A DNA stretch of 64,000 bases, taken from sequence record NC_054933.1; one strand, 5' to 3'. Position 1 is the first letter of the stretch; every line of letters begins with the position of its first letter. The translations under genes were made by a program, and so were the position numbers. Under the pieces are notes generated by a model. That model saw nothing but the letters and a program-made list of their open reading frames with translations. It was not told where the DNA came from and ran no database searches. This DNA is from Escherichia phage teqhad. This document shows positions 19,121-28,584 of this stretch, one piece after another.

Positions 19121-19299
19121 TTAGAAATAGACTTTTCACCATTAGAATAATAAACTTCGAGTTTAGCACGATTATTTTTAATTTGAATAACCTTGGCTGT
19201 CATCAAAGTTCCATACCCATAATAAACTGCAACTTCATCACCTACATATACCGCGCTTCCGCGGTAATCATGAATATAGTCATTTCCTTCGAGCATCAT
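19084..19299 (-). CDS. hypothetical early protein
   Basis: 71-aa ORF, ATGA-type junction with nrdC. Confidence 0.45.
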   Translation of the reverse strand: MMLEGNDYIHDYRGSAVYVGDEVAVYYGYGTLMTAKVIQIKNNRAKLEVYYSNGEKSISKWKYGDCMVKLG

Positions 19300-19559
19300 T
19301 TAAAATATTCTCGCAGTTGGTCAAATCCACCAATATGACTTCCATCAGGAGCAAATACTTGTGGCATTGTCAAACCAATTTGAGTATCACGACCTAGTTT
19401 AGTCAGAAGCTCAGCGATTTTCTCATCATCAAAAACACCTTTTTCCGGCATAATGTTGATAAATTCAAACGGCTGTTTCTTCACGGTCAAAAGACGTTTT
19501 GCATTATCGCAATACACACATTTATGAATGTTGCTATCATAACCATATACTTTAAACAT
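19296..19559 (-). CDS. nrdC: thioredoxin/glutaredoxin
   Basis: 87 aa; CVYC redox motif (HKCVYCDNAK). Confidence 0.85.
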   Translation of the reverse strand: MFKVYGYDSNIHKCVYCDNAKRLLTVKKQPFEFINIMPEKGVFDDEKIAELLTKLGRDTQIGLTMPQVFAPDGSHIGGFDQLREYFK

Positions 19560-19560
19560 A

Positions 19561-19962
19561 TTATTCCTTAATTCCTAGTACTTGTTTAAAAGTCTCGTCG
19601 TAATCAAGACTTTGGCCCGTTTGTTCTTTATGTTTGTATATAATATCACTTACTTCTGATAGCATATTTTTATATGAACGAGTTAAAGCAGATTTAAGCA
19701 CGCTGTATCTATCAGGAAATTTACCATGTTCATTATAATACGCTATTGCTAATTCACGGACTGCCTTTTCAGCAGTCTCCATATATTCTTTACGCTTTGT
19801 CATTTTCTTCTCGGTCAAATCGGTGTTTACAATGGCGGCATTTATAACGAAGATTACTAGTCTGCCAATGAACCAATTGCACCTGTTCAGTTCCACATTC
19901 AGGGCAATTAGGAACGTTTTTAGAAGCCCTTTCGCGACGTTTAACCATAGCCATAATGGCAT
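19561..19962 (-). CDS. hypothetical protein (probably starts internally near [13 protein letters not shown])
   Basis: Track ORF overlaps the upstream gene; C-terminal part soluble and helical. Confidence 0.4.
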
Positions 19963-20086
19963 CCCATGCTGGAGGTTTAAAATCTAAATCGTCAGTAACT
20001 AGCAGTCCTTTATCAAACCCAACGCATGGAGTCCATTCAGGAAAATCTGAAGCTTCGGCAATATCTTCTAATAAACGCTTTTTCAT
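19790..20086 (-). CDS. zinc-ribbon protein
   Basis: 98 aa; CPECG...CRHCKH four-cysteine ribbon. Confidence 0.5.
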
Positions 20087-21009
20087 TTCAGTACCTCAAT
20101 AGCATCACGTAAACCATTTGCTTTGGCGGTTAAAGCCTTAATAACTTTAGTATGCTCTTCAATCTGTTTTTCAACTTCAATCAAACGGGCACTGAGATAT
20201 TCGCGTTCTTCTTTCATAGTATCATTCCCATGATTGGGCTTTGGCGTAGGTTTAAATTTATTAGGGTCCTTTAACTTAATAACAACTTTAGTTTCAAACA
20301 GTGAAAGACCATAATTCGTATTATCATCAAAGGATTCAACTACGTCCATTTTAGACAATAACGTACGAAGATTATAAGTCAAAGAACGAATCGTTTTATT
20401 ATGTTTATTAGCTTCACATGGTTTCATATATGGAAGATTTTTATATATTTCATGCGGAGCACAAACAATAATTGACAATTCAAATGGTCCATTCTGTGAT
20501 GATGGAATGAATTTAGCCGTAACCCAATCTTTTACATTTACATTAATAGTACGATCATCGCCATGACAAAACAGTCTACGAGAATGCTTAAAAATCATAT
20601 TCACATTATTATTAAATTCGTGTGAAAACTCGCTGGCAAATTTTTCTTTACTATTTTTAGAAAACCATTCTTCTAAATAAGTTCTTTTCACGTCATTAAT
20701 AATATTAAATGTAACAACATTAGCATTTGATACATTAGTCTCAATGTAGCTTGGATACATAAATTTTTTAACATTATTAACAGCTATCACAGAAGATAGT
20801 AATCGGGAACGTTTGAACCACTCGAGCAAAGAACCAAGAGAATGTGAATACGCATTTTGTGTATCTTTACAAATATGGTTTTCCCATCCAATATAGTCTA
20901 AAAAATCACGAAGAATATTATTGATTACTGCTCTGTGTCCTATCTGATAATTACGATGTTTAGTAATAAGACTGTCAAAATAATCAATATAATGTTTACG
21001 AGTTTTCAT
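20083..21009 (-). CDS. hypothetical protein, member 1 of a tandem coiled-coil paralog family
   Basis: 308 aa; C-terminal heptad-rich segment; shares S-T-x-L...MDVV motif with the next three ORFs. Confidence 0.6.
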   Translation of the reverse strand: MKTRKHYIDYFDSLITKHRNYQIGHRAVINNILRDFLDYIGWENHICKDTQNAYSHSLGSLLEWFKRSRLLSSVIAVNNVKKFMYPSYIETNVSNANVVTFNIINDVKRTYLEEWFSKNSKEKFASEFSHEFNNNVNMIFKHSRRLFCHGDDRTINVNVKDWVTAKFIPSSQNGPFELSIIVCAPHEIYKNLPYMKPCEANKHNKTIRSLTYNLRTLLSKMDVVESFDDNTNYGLSLFETKVVIKLKDPNKFKPTPKPNHGNDTMKEEREYLSARLIEVEKQIEEHTKVIKALTAKANGLRDAIEVLK

Positions 21010-21061
21010 GTTCTTCTCACTTGGTTAATGATTTATACTCCGAGCCATCCTTGGCTTTAAA

Positions 21062-22063
21062 TTACTTAATTAACTGTAAAGCTTGTTCAAGACGATCCAG
21101 GCGATTAACAGATTCTTCCCAAATCCTTTTAGCCTGCTCATATTCTTTCTGCGCTTTATTAGAAATTTCTAGAACTTCTTTATAAGCTTTTTCTAATGCA
21201 ATAACTTCTGGACGAATTTCTACCGGTTCAGGCGAATCATCAAGATTATCCATTAGTTCCTCAAGTGTAGTTTCTTCTTTAGGAGTATTCACAATTTCTT
21301 CACATTTTTGTTGGTAAATTTCTTTATCAGTTAGTGAATAAGCACATTTCACTTCACGAAGGCTAATTACGAGTTTATATCCTTCCCAACCGCATATATT
21401 CTTAAAAGGATATGTATGAATATTTTCTACTGTTTCCATACAAAGTAATGCGGTCTCTAATTGACGAGTTATAGTGCTAGCAATTGAGAAAAATTTATTA
21501 ATATTCTTTTGGTTAGTTTCTGGTGTAAAAAATCCATAATTCACAAAAATAGCTACTTTATTTTTATCAAGTTCATATTCTTTTATGATAATCATATCAG
21601 AAGCCAAAGGATGAATTTGACGATAATCGCCATAACATAATTTAGAAGCTGATTTTAGAATTTGCTTCTTGAAAAGTCTGAAATTACTAATCCAACGACG
21701 AGTAAAAATATTCTCAGGGTCTTCTTTATTATTGAGATGATAAGAATTAACATCACCGAACCAATTATATCCTACTACATCTTTAGTTCGTTTAATTTCT
21801 TTCCCAAAATTACCAAGAATATCCCGATTAACCAAATATGAAAGAAGACGAGACTCTTTAAAGGTTTTCTTGATAACATCTTTATCTACACGGCTAGAAA
21901 TTTTACGAATTTCATGAATAAATTTAGTAGAAGAAACAATACCTGCATCAACACTATTGAGCCATTGATTGATAATAGAAAGAACGCTATTTTGGCCAAA
22001 CATCGGTATAGCTTTATCATCAATAACGCTATTGAATGATTTGATATATTCGTTACGAGTCAT
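21062..22063 (-). CDS. hypothetical protein, member 2 of the tandem coiled-coil paralog family
   Basis: 333 aa from MTRNEYIKSF (ATG 22063-22061, GAGGAG SD); the track start lies upstream of the promoter -10. Confidence 0.6.
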   Translation of the reverse strand: MTRNEYIKSFNSVIDDKAIPMFGQNSVLSIINQWLNSVDAGIVSSTKFIHEIRKISSRVDKDVIKKTFKESRLLSYLVNRDILGNFGKEIKRTKDVVGYNWFGDVNSYHLNNKEDPENIFTRRWISNFRLFKKQILKSASKLCYGDYRQIHPLASDMIIIKEYELDKNKVAIFVNYGFFTPETNQKNINKFFSIASTITRQLETALLCMETVENIHTYPFKNICGWEGYKLVISLREVKCAYSLTDKEIYQQKCEEIVNTPKEETTLEELMDNLDDSPEPVEIRPEVIALEKAYKEVLEISNKAQKEYEQAKRIWEESVNRLDRLEQALQLIK

Positions 22064-22091
22064 ATTAATCTCCTCAGTAGAAAGTAAGAAC

Positions 22092-22121
22092 ATTATACCA
22101 CATCCTTGTGGCAAAGTAAAC
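22092..22121 (-). promoter_or_regulatory. T4-type early promoter
   Basis: Minus strand GTTTAC - 18 nt - TATAAT with TG extension; -35 abuts the upstream stop codon. Confidence 0.6.
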
Positions 22122-23140
22122 TAGTTCAGTGCATTTAGTGCATTGTTCAGTTTAGAACGTTGCTTCATGAGATTTTTGACTTTTTCTTGTGCTTTTTCTA
22201 GCATCTTTTCAGCTTCTAGCACTTCATTGGTCGCTTTAACGAGTTCATCATCTACTGCCTTAAGGGACTTCTCAATCGCATCCGCGTGCCATTTTTCAAC
22301 AGGTTTAAGACTCGGATTTTCAATAGGAAGAAAATTCACTTTATTGAATTTCCATGCATCTTTATTGCCTGAACTATACATCCAAAATTTAGGATCGTTT
22401 GATGAGTAATTAGATAAATTTAAGTTATCTTGCACTTCTTGCTTTTTCTCTTGCGGGACTTCGTCCTTTCTCAAAAAATCGTATTTAAATGAAACGATCA
22501 TATCAAGTTCATATGTTGTTGTATGTTCCCAATTTCGCTCAAAACGAGGTAAAATCTTAGAATGAACAGCGGCAACAACATCCATATACTTAAATGCTTC
22601 TGTCAACTGCGATTTAAGGCATTCGCAAATTGAAAGAGAATTTTTTGTATTAGGTTTAAAGCTAATTCGTGCAGTTCTATTATTTTCTTTTAATGGTCTT
22701 ACTTCCATCTGAAGAGTATAACCATCAAATTTCAGGTTCTTTAAGTTAATGTCAGAACCTTTTAATCGACTAGCCGTCGACAAAATTTGCTTTAATTGTT
22801 TACGGAATAGAGCAATAAATCTCCATTCAATACGATAATGATTTGGATTGAAAAATCCAGATGATAAATCGACCTTACTCTGACCAACACCTTGAACAAA
22901 CAGAGGATTTTTATAATCAATAGTTTTACAGAAATCGGTGAGCTGCTCACGAGCAGTCATTTGTGTAATATACCCCGCTTTACTAAAATGACGTAACCAT
23001 TCACTGCTATTCATATATTTAAAGTGAATATCACGATTAACTTTATCAGGGTCTAAATTATTTTGGCACAAAAATGTCATAACATCACGAGTATAGCTGG
23101 CATTACGAACCATATCTTCAATTTGAGAACGAGTTTTCAT
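22121..23140 (-). CDS. hypothetical protein, member 3 of the tandem coiled-coil paralog family
   Basis: 339 aa; EWRFIALFRKQLKQILSTASRL similar to RWISNFRLFKKQILKSASKL in member 2. Confidence 0.6.
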   Translation of the reverse strand: MKTRSQIEDMVRNASYTRDVMTFLCQNNLDPDKVNRDIHFKYMNSSEWLRHFSKAGYITQMTAREQLTDFCKTIDYKNPLFVQGVGQSKVDLSSGFFNPNHYRIEWRFIALFRKQLKQILSTASRLKGSDINLKNLKFDGYTLQMEVRPLKENNRTARISFKPNTKNSLSICECLKSQLTEAFKYMDVVAAVHSKILPRFERNWEHTTTYELDMIVSFKYDFLRKDEVPQEKKQEVQDNLNLSNYSSNDPKFWMYSSGNKDAWKFNKVNFLPIENPSLKPVEKWHADAIEKSLKAVDDELVKATNEVLEAEKMLEKAQEKVKNLMKQRSKLNNALNALN

Positions 23141-23148
23141 GGTGTTCC

Positions 23149-24036
23149 TTAAGATTTAAGTAAATCAACAATTTTAATTAACTTTTCACGCTCAGATTTA
23201 GCTTTACTACTCAATCCAGATAGTCTAAAGATTTCATCGTCATATTGTTGAATAGAAATATTCAGCTCTTCAATTTGCTTATTAAAATAATCAATTTGTT
23301 CAGAATGTTTTTCGTTACTACGAACTGGTACAGGTTTTGTAGGAAATTTAGTTAAACTGGATTCATCCGGGCGATAAATTAAAATACAATTTGAACCAAT
23401 CGGGCATTTAGCACCAGACACATATTCTAATGTTCCAGCTTCCTTTAAAACTTCAAAAGCTAAACAGAGATGATGCCCCATATTGACATAATCTGTAGAG
23501 TGAGCTCTGACGTAATAATCATCTCCACGAGTGCTAAATTTAAAGCATTTAAGGTCTTCTGTATTATTAGTTTTAAAAATCATTTGTTTATCTAAACCTT
23601 TAGCTAATCGAGCGCCTAATGCTAATAATCGTCGTTGATTTTCCCACAAATCCGCAATCATTTGATCGAATGACAATTTCGGCATTAGTCGACCATAAAG
23701 GTCATATCCTTTATTATAATTGCGAAGGATTTCACTCGCATTAATACGAGACAACGCTCCAATTTTATTAAGGGCTTTCATGATGCGATTAGATAAACCC
23801 ATTCCAGACCCATTTGTTCGTTGTAAATGTTTTTCTAATCCAAATCCAATATCAACTTTAAATTTATCTAAAATTTCAGCATGAACATCTCTGTCAATAA
23901 CATTCAAATCCAAAGTTGGGTTAAATCTATGAAAAAATTTATCTGGCTCTCCACGACGAAGTACAGTCCATTCATTTAATTTTTTATTAACTAAAGATTT
24001 AATTACTGCATTGACATTATTAATTACTACTGACAT
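23149..24036 (-). CDS. hypothetical protein, member 4 of the tandem coiled-coil paralog family
   Basis: About 295 aa from MSVVINNVNAV (ATG 24036-24034; track start is TTG); C-terminal coiled coil. Confidence 0.55.
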   Translation of the reverse strand: MSVVINNVNAVIKSLVNKKLNEWTVLRRGEPDKFFHRFNPTLDLNVIDRDVHAEILDKFKVDIGFGLEKHLQRTNGSGMGLSNRIMKALNKIGALSRINASEILRNYNKGYDLYGRLMPKLSFDQMIADLWENQRRLLALGARLAKGLDKQMIFKTNNTEDLKCFKFSTRGDDYYVRAHSTDYVNMGHHLCLAFEVLKEAGTLEYVSGAKCPIGSNCILIYRPDESSLTKFPTKPVPVRSNEKHSEQIDYFNKQIEELNISIQQYDDEIFRLSGLSSKAKSEREKLIKIVDLLKS

Positions 24037-24047
24037 ATTTTTCTCAC

Positions 24048-24452
24048 TCAATTTTCAATTTTACTAAATACACAGAATATGATGGAAAAGACTATATAAG
24101 CACCGCATACAGATTGAACTAATACCATTCCAAAGAACCAAACAATATTATCAAACAATGTCTGTTTTACGTCGAAAGGACGTAAACTTACAGTAATATT
24201 ATCGCCTTTTTCTATTGATGAATACATCTCTGGTGAAATATATTCACTAAATCTATAACCGTCTTTGAGTTCATATACGGCAATAAACGATAAACTAGAC
24301 CCCTTTCCTTGAGTTCCTGTAAGGGTATTAACTACAGTAACATCATAATCTTTATAATGCATATAATCATTAATTGCGTAATAACCATATGCAACTACTA
24401 CACATAAACAACATATCAATAAATTCAATCTTTTAATTATCAACTGTTTCAT
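24048..24452 (-). CDS. membrane protein with N- and C-terminal hydrophobic segments
   Basis: 134 aa; LLICCLCVVVAYGYYAI and FFGMVLVQSVCGAYIVFSIIFCVF. Confidence 0.5.
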   Translation of the reverse strand: MKQLIIKRLNLLICCLCVVVAYGYYAINDYMHYKDYDVTVVNTLTGTQGKGSSLSFIAVYELKDGYRFSEYISPEMYSSIEKGDNITVSLRPFDVKQTLFDNIVWFFGMVLVQSVCGAYIVFSIIFCVFSKIEN

Positions 24453-24481
24453 AATAATCTCAATTAAAAGGGCTTAGAACC

Positions 24482-24504
24482 ATTATACCATCCTTGGTAT
24501 AAAG
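24482..24504 (-). promoter_or_regulatory. promoter candidate (MotA-box-like GCTTTA plus -10 TATAAT)
   Basis: Minus strand cGCTTTAta, 12 nt spacer, TATAAT. Confidence 0.4.
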
Positions 24505-24507
24505 CGG

Positions 24508-25035
24508 TTATGCGAGTACCGTCTTTAACCGTTCTTCAAACTTCCGAAGAGTATTCTGGCGTTCAGCTCTTTGCTTTTTGTAAGTTTCAATACGCTCTGA
24601 AATGAGAGTGTATCGTTCATTTACTGATTCTTTCATAAAATCAGGAATTTCACGAGAAGCTTTAATCTCATCAAATTTATCAATAACAGCTTGCTCTTCA
24701 GCAATTAAGTTATCATACATCAAAATATCTTTCTTGATGAACTCAATATCTTCTTGAGTTACACGAGATAATTTAGATGCTTTATCCTTTTTGTACTGTT
24801 CGTTAGTATCACGAGACCAGTGTAATGTACGATTTTTATTCGTATTTTTGTAAATTTCTACAATACCAATCTCATCAATAATAACGATCCAATTCCAACG
24901 GGATTTGTAAATTTGTCCTCCATCAACCGTGATTTCACCTCCGATTGAGATGTCATTAAAGAACTTGCTTTGTGCTTCTGATTTAAATTTACCATCATTG
25001 TAATTTACCAGGTTGAAAATATCTTTAGCGTTCAT
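24508..25035 (-). CDS. hypothetical early protein
   Basis: 175 aa; ATG at 25035-25033 with GGAGG SD. Confidence 0.55.
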   Translation of the reverse strand: MNAKDIFNLVNYNDGKFKSEAQSKFFNDISIGGEITVDGGQIYKSRWNWIVIIDEIGIVEIYKNTNKNRTLHWSRDTNEQYKKDKASKLSRVTQEDIEFIKKDILMYDNLIAEEQAVIDKFDEIKASREIPDFMKESVNERYTLISERIETYKKQRAERQNTLRKFEERLKTVLA

Positions 25036-25063
25036 TTTCTGTTCCTCCGTAGTTGATAGTTGT

Positions 25064-25093
25064 ATAGTACCACAGAGGAACAGTCTTGTAAAC
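25064..25093 (-). promoter_or_regulatory. T4-type early promoter
   Basis: Minus strand GTTTAC - 18 nt - TACTAT followed by ACAACTATCAACT leader. Confidence 0.55.
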
Positions 25094-25095
25094 CA

Positions 25096-25410
25096 CTAAA
25101 AGAAACTTCTTTCACAATTTTTTCCACTGAACCATGCGCTCACTGCTTTCTTAGTCTCAGGAGCAGTGTTATCCATAAACCATTCAAAGGCAGCCTTTTT
25201 ATGATTCTGGAGGGCTTCTCGGGCTTTAATCTGCTCACGGTCTATTAACACTAACATATGAGCCTTTCTTGTCACCAAGGGCTTCTTATGATTCTTGGAG
25301 TATTCCCAGTCATTTGTCCAACGCATTGTCGTTGCGAACTGAAATACTGCTTCTTTAATTTTAGTTTCGTAAATTTCACGAGCCTTTGAGTATAACATCA
25401 TTACCTCCAT
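25096..25410 (-). CDS. hypothetical early protein (start probably at the 5th codon)
   Basis: 104-aa track ORF; GGAGGU lies 5 nt upstream of the internal ATG. Confidence 0.5.
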   Translation of the reverse strand: MEVMMLYSKAREIYETKIKEAVFQFATTMRWTNDWEYSKNHKKPLVTRKAHMLVLIDREQIKAREALQNHKKAAFEWFMDNTAPETKKAVSAWFSGKNCERSFF

Positions 25411-25499
25411 TTATCAGTTTAATTCTAGTCATCTTTTTGATGGCAGTCCATATAATCTATTTCTGAACTGCCTTTTTATCTTAGAAGGCCTCTTATGAA

Positions 25500-26468
25500 T
25501 TATTTCAGAAGAGTAACCTCAGCGATTTCTTCCCAACCGTTTTTGTCGGTCATAATAAAGTCAGCAAGATAAAGAGCAGTACGCAGTGAAACATTGCGTA
25601 AACGATTAACATTGACTTTCATCCATGATAATGCTTTATAAGTTTCTTCATCAGAAAGACCACGCTTTTGCATCATGTCAGTTGAAAGAATAACATCTTC
25701 AACCCTGACCATAATTTCTTCATTAGTGTGAACACCCAAATCCAAATAAACTGAGCGGGACACTAATGCTTGTAAATGTGGAGCAAGTTTAGTACCACGG
25801 TCTAATTCGCGGTCAATGTCAACGTTTGTGATAAAAACAATCGTTCCTTTAAATTCAAACTCACGCTCAATGCCTTTTTCTTCTAAGTAAGAAGATGCAG
25901 TGCTCCAGCAGACTTTACGGGTCTCTCCAGTGTCCAGAGCAGCTTTCAGAAGATTAAGAATGTCCATATCAGAGAAAACATCCACATCATCAATCAAAAG
26001 GACAGAATTCTCTTCACGATTATTCCAAAGTTGTTCATAAAGACCGATACCGGAGATTTTACCGTTAATGCTTTTATATTCAATGTATCCATTATCATTT
26101 GCTTTATTTAAAGCTTTATCTAAAGAATACGTTTTACCAATACCTGCTGCTCCCGAGATAATTAATGAACGAATGTTTCCGTTAATAATACCATTCGTCA
26201 TCATTCCCATAACATTAAATCTTTTATTAATGCGGGTTTTCATATCTTCATATGATTCTTTAACTTCTTCAACTTTTACACCATCATATGAAATGTCTGA
26301 TTTGTAAACCCAAACACCGCGACGTTTACCGTCAATTTCAACAAAAACTTTACCATCTCCTTGTGCATCTACCGGAGCATTATCTGGGAACCATTCACCT
26401 AAGAGCTCAAAAGTTCCAGAGATTTCTTTACCGAAGTAGATACCCTTATTGATAGTTACAGTTTTCAT
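25500..26468 (-). CDS. P-loop NTPase (AAA-like)
   Basis: 322 aa from MKTVTINKG; Walker A GAAGIGKT and Walker B VLLIDDVD; GGAG SD. Confidence 0.65.
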   Translation of the reverse strand: MKTVTINKGIYFGKEISGTFELLGEWFPDNAPVDAQGDGKVFVEIDGKRRGVWVYKSDISYDGVKVEEVKESYEDMKTRINKRFNVMGMMTNGIINGNIRSLIISGAAGIGKTYSLDKALNKANDNGYIEYKSINGKISGIGLYEQLWNNREENSVLLIDDVDVFSDMDILNLLKAALDTGETRKVCWSTASSYLEEKGIEREFEFKGTIVFITNVDIDRELDRGTKLAPHLQALVSRSVYLDLGVHTNEEIMVRVEDVILSTDMMQKRGLSDEETYKALSWMKVNVNRLRNVSLRTALYLADFIMTDKNGWEEIAEVTLLK

Positions 26469-26502
26469 TTTATTCTCCAAATCCGTATCAGTTGATAGTT
26501 GT

Positions 26503-26532
26503 ATAGTACCATAAAGCTTTATGCTTGTAAAC
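26503..26532 (-). promoter_or_regulatory. T4-type early promoter
   Basis: Minus strand GTTTAC - 18 nt - TACTAT with A/T-rich UP-like tract. Confidence 0.55.
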
Positions 26533-26562
26533 CGTTTTGTGAAAAATTTTTGAAATAAAAAA

Positions 26563-26580
26563 GGGAGCCCGAAGGCTCCC
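26563..26580 (-). terminator. UUCG-tetraloop hairpin followed by a U-run
   Basis: Minus-strand RNA GGGAGCC-UUCG-GGCUCCC then UUUUUU. Confidence 0.6.
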
Positions 26581-26582
26581 TA

Positions 26583-27596
26583 TCATTTATAATAACTTCG
26601 GTGGTTTTCAAGATAGACCTTCTCAAGGAAGTCATCCCAGAAACCCATGTCTACTTTTTGCTGCATACCGTTCTTAGAAGCTTCAGTAGATGCTGCTTCT
26701 ACTTGATCGACCACATCTTCCAAAAACTTTTGAACCGTTTTAAATGGATGTTTACCCAACTTCACGTCGAGAATAAATGGAGCGTCTTGAAGTGGATAAA
26801 CCAAGTCACCAGTTTTGTAAATTTCCAATAGTTGAAGTCCACCACGACAAGCATGGCTCAGAGCTTTCCAGTCAATGCCTTCATTGGCTTCGGCCTTTCG
26901 AGCGCGTTCACCATATTCAGCATCTAATTTGTTCAGTGACTGCTTAAGCTCAATAAGAGAAAGCGTTGTCTGATATTTACGACCCAGCACTGTATAGAAC
27001 GTTTGTGGACCTGTTTTCTCATGATTATGGAACACCCATTCACAGAATTCGTTTTCTGGAAGACGATGCTTAATATCTTCAACTTTAGTACGACGCTGCT
27101 TAATGGAACCGTCTTCTTGGTAATCAACCCATTGCTCAGGGATTTGATTAACTACTTTCAATACATCACGTAATGCAGCCAAACGAGAACCCTTGACGCC
27201 GTATTTAGAAGCTTGCTTGCGGACATATCCTAAATAGGATTTCATGTTAGTCGTATAAAAACGAGAACGGTTGTCTTGAATAAACTTCCACACATCAGGC
27301 AAATCAGATTTAACCACTAGTTCAGGTGGAGTGTGAAGCATATCCAATGCTACAGTTTCACCATCTGCTGCTAATTTAAAGAAATATTTAAGACTGTATA
27401 GTTCATGGTCAATATCATCTTTAGTGTTTTTAGATGATGTGTTGTTAGTGTTTTTACTCATGTGCTCTTTGACATTTCCGACAAGAATATCGCGAGCAGG
27501 AGGAACAAAGATTTCTTTAAAATCTACATCAGATTCTGGGGTAGAAGTTCCATAAAGATGACTACCAAAATAGCTTTTCATTACTGTTTTCATCAT
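26583..27596 (-). CDS. protein with minimal nucleotidyltransferase-fold (pol-beta-type) motif
   Basis: 337 aa; N-terminal FGSHLYGTSTPESDVDF matches the hG[GS]x9-13DxD motif, third acidic residue in VALDMLH. Confidence 0.6.
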   Translation of the reverse strand: MMKTVMKSYFGSHLYGTSTPESDVDFKEIFVPPARDILVGNVKEHMSKNTNNTSSKNTKDDIDHELYSLKYFFKLAADGETVALDMLHTPPELVVKSDLPDVWKFIQDNRSRFYTTNMKSYLGYVRKQASKYGVKGSRLAALRDVLKVVNQIPEQWVDYQEDGSIKQRRTKVEDIKHRLPENEFCEWVFHNHEKTGPQTFYTVLGRKYQTTLSLIELKQSLNKLDAEYGERARKAEANEGIDWKALSHACRGGLQLLEIYKTGDLVYPLQDAPFILDVKLGKHPFKTVQKFLEDVVDQVEAASTEASKNGMQQKVDMGFWDDFLEKVYLENHRSYYK

Positions 27597-28054
27597 TCAG
27601 CCTTATATTCAATAACAGGACATACTTTAGCTTTACGAGCTTTTAAAAATTCAACGATAATCGATTTCTTGGGTTGAATAGGAGGTAAACCTTTATTTTT
27701 CCTATCAATGTTTTCTACGTGTAAAGCATAATCCTTTTTCCATTTATAATCTTTATATTTTTCACGCAAATGTACAGGAATAACAAATGAACCAATAATA
27801 AGTAAAACAACCAAAAGCGCAAGTATAAATGCTGATGGAAGCAAAGTCCATAAACTACCAAAAATAAGCCAACGCTGTAAACTTTCTGCACAAATAATTG
27901 TTAGCCCTACGAGTATAGCACATCCAAAAATAGAAACGAAAAATGTAGGAATGGCAATAGACCAAAAATATGCGCATAGTGTCTTAGGTCGTTGCCATTC
28001 ATCGTTAAACAATTTGAATAATTTATAATGCCAAGAGTTTTCATTAATAATCAT
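27593..28054 (-). CDS. polytopic membrane protein
   Basis: 153 aa with three or more hydrophobic helices. Confidence 0.55.
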   Translation of the reverse strand: MIINENSWHYKLFKLFNDEWQRPKTLCAYFWSIAIPTFFVSIFGCAILVGLTIICAESLQRWLIFGSLWTLLPSAFILALLVVLLIIGSFVIPVHLREKYKDYKWKKDYALHVENIDRKNKGLPPIQPKKSIIVEFLKARKAKVCPVIEYKAE

Positions 28055-28056
28055 AA

Positions 28057-28578
28057 TTATCCTTTCATTGAAGGTGTAACAGTTGTTAAATACTTAATCA
28101 TAGCCTCAGCTTCTGATTTTGATAGTGAAATTTCTTCACCGTTTTGGCGAATAGAAACAAAATCTGGATGACGATCACCACCAGCTTTTAAAACACACAT
28201 ATAAGTATCAGCTTCGCCTTCAATATTTGAAATGATTGAAGCAGTTCCACACGAATGTGGTTTTTGATAAATCAATACAGCTTTTCTTCCACCATTTGAC
28301 TGTTCATAGGCTTTTAATACATCAAACAAATCAGTTCTTTTATCAATAGCTAAGATGTTATTTTCATCTTCAATATTAAATCCTTCGGATACTTCATAAA
28401 GAGTTACCCATAAATCACCGATGTCAATAACAGCATTTACTTTTCCACGGCTTTCAAGAGTATGACAAATTTTCTTGATTTCGTCATAACTCATTTTAAT
28501 AATATCATCTCCTTGACTAAGGAAGATGTCATTTTTAAATTCAACACGAATTAAACCACTTCCACTTGAAATAAACAT
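28057..28578 (-). CDS. hypothetical protein (paralog pair A)
   Basis: 173 aa; C-terminal VSIRQ...SEAEAMIKYLTTVTPSM similar to the next ORF. Confidence 0.5.
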   Translation of the reverse strand: MFISSGSGLIRVEFKNDIFLSQGDDIIKMSYDEIKKICHTLESRGKVNAVIDIGDLWVTLYEVSEGFNIEDENNILAIDKRTDLFDVLKAYEQSNGGRKAVLIYQKPHSCGTASIISNIEGEADTYMCVLKAGGDRHPDFVSIRQNGEEISLSKSEAEAMIKYLTTVTPSMKG

Positions 28579-28584
28579 ATTTCC

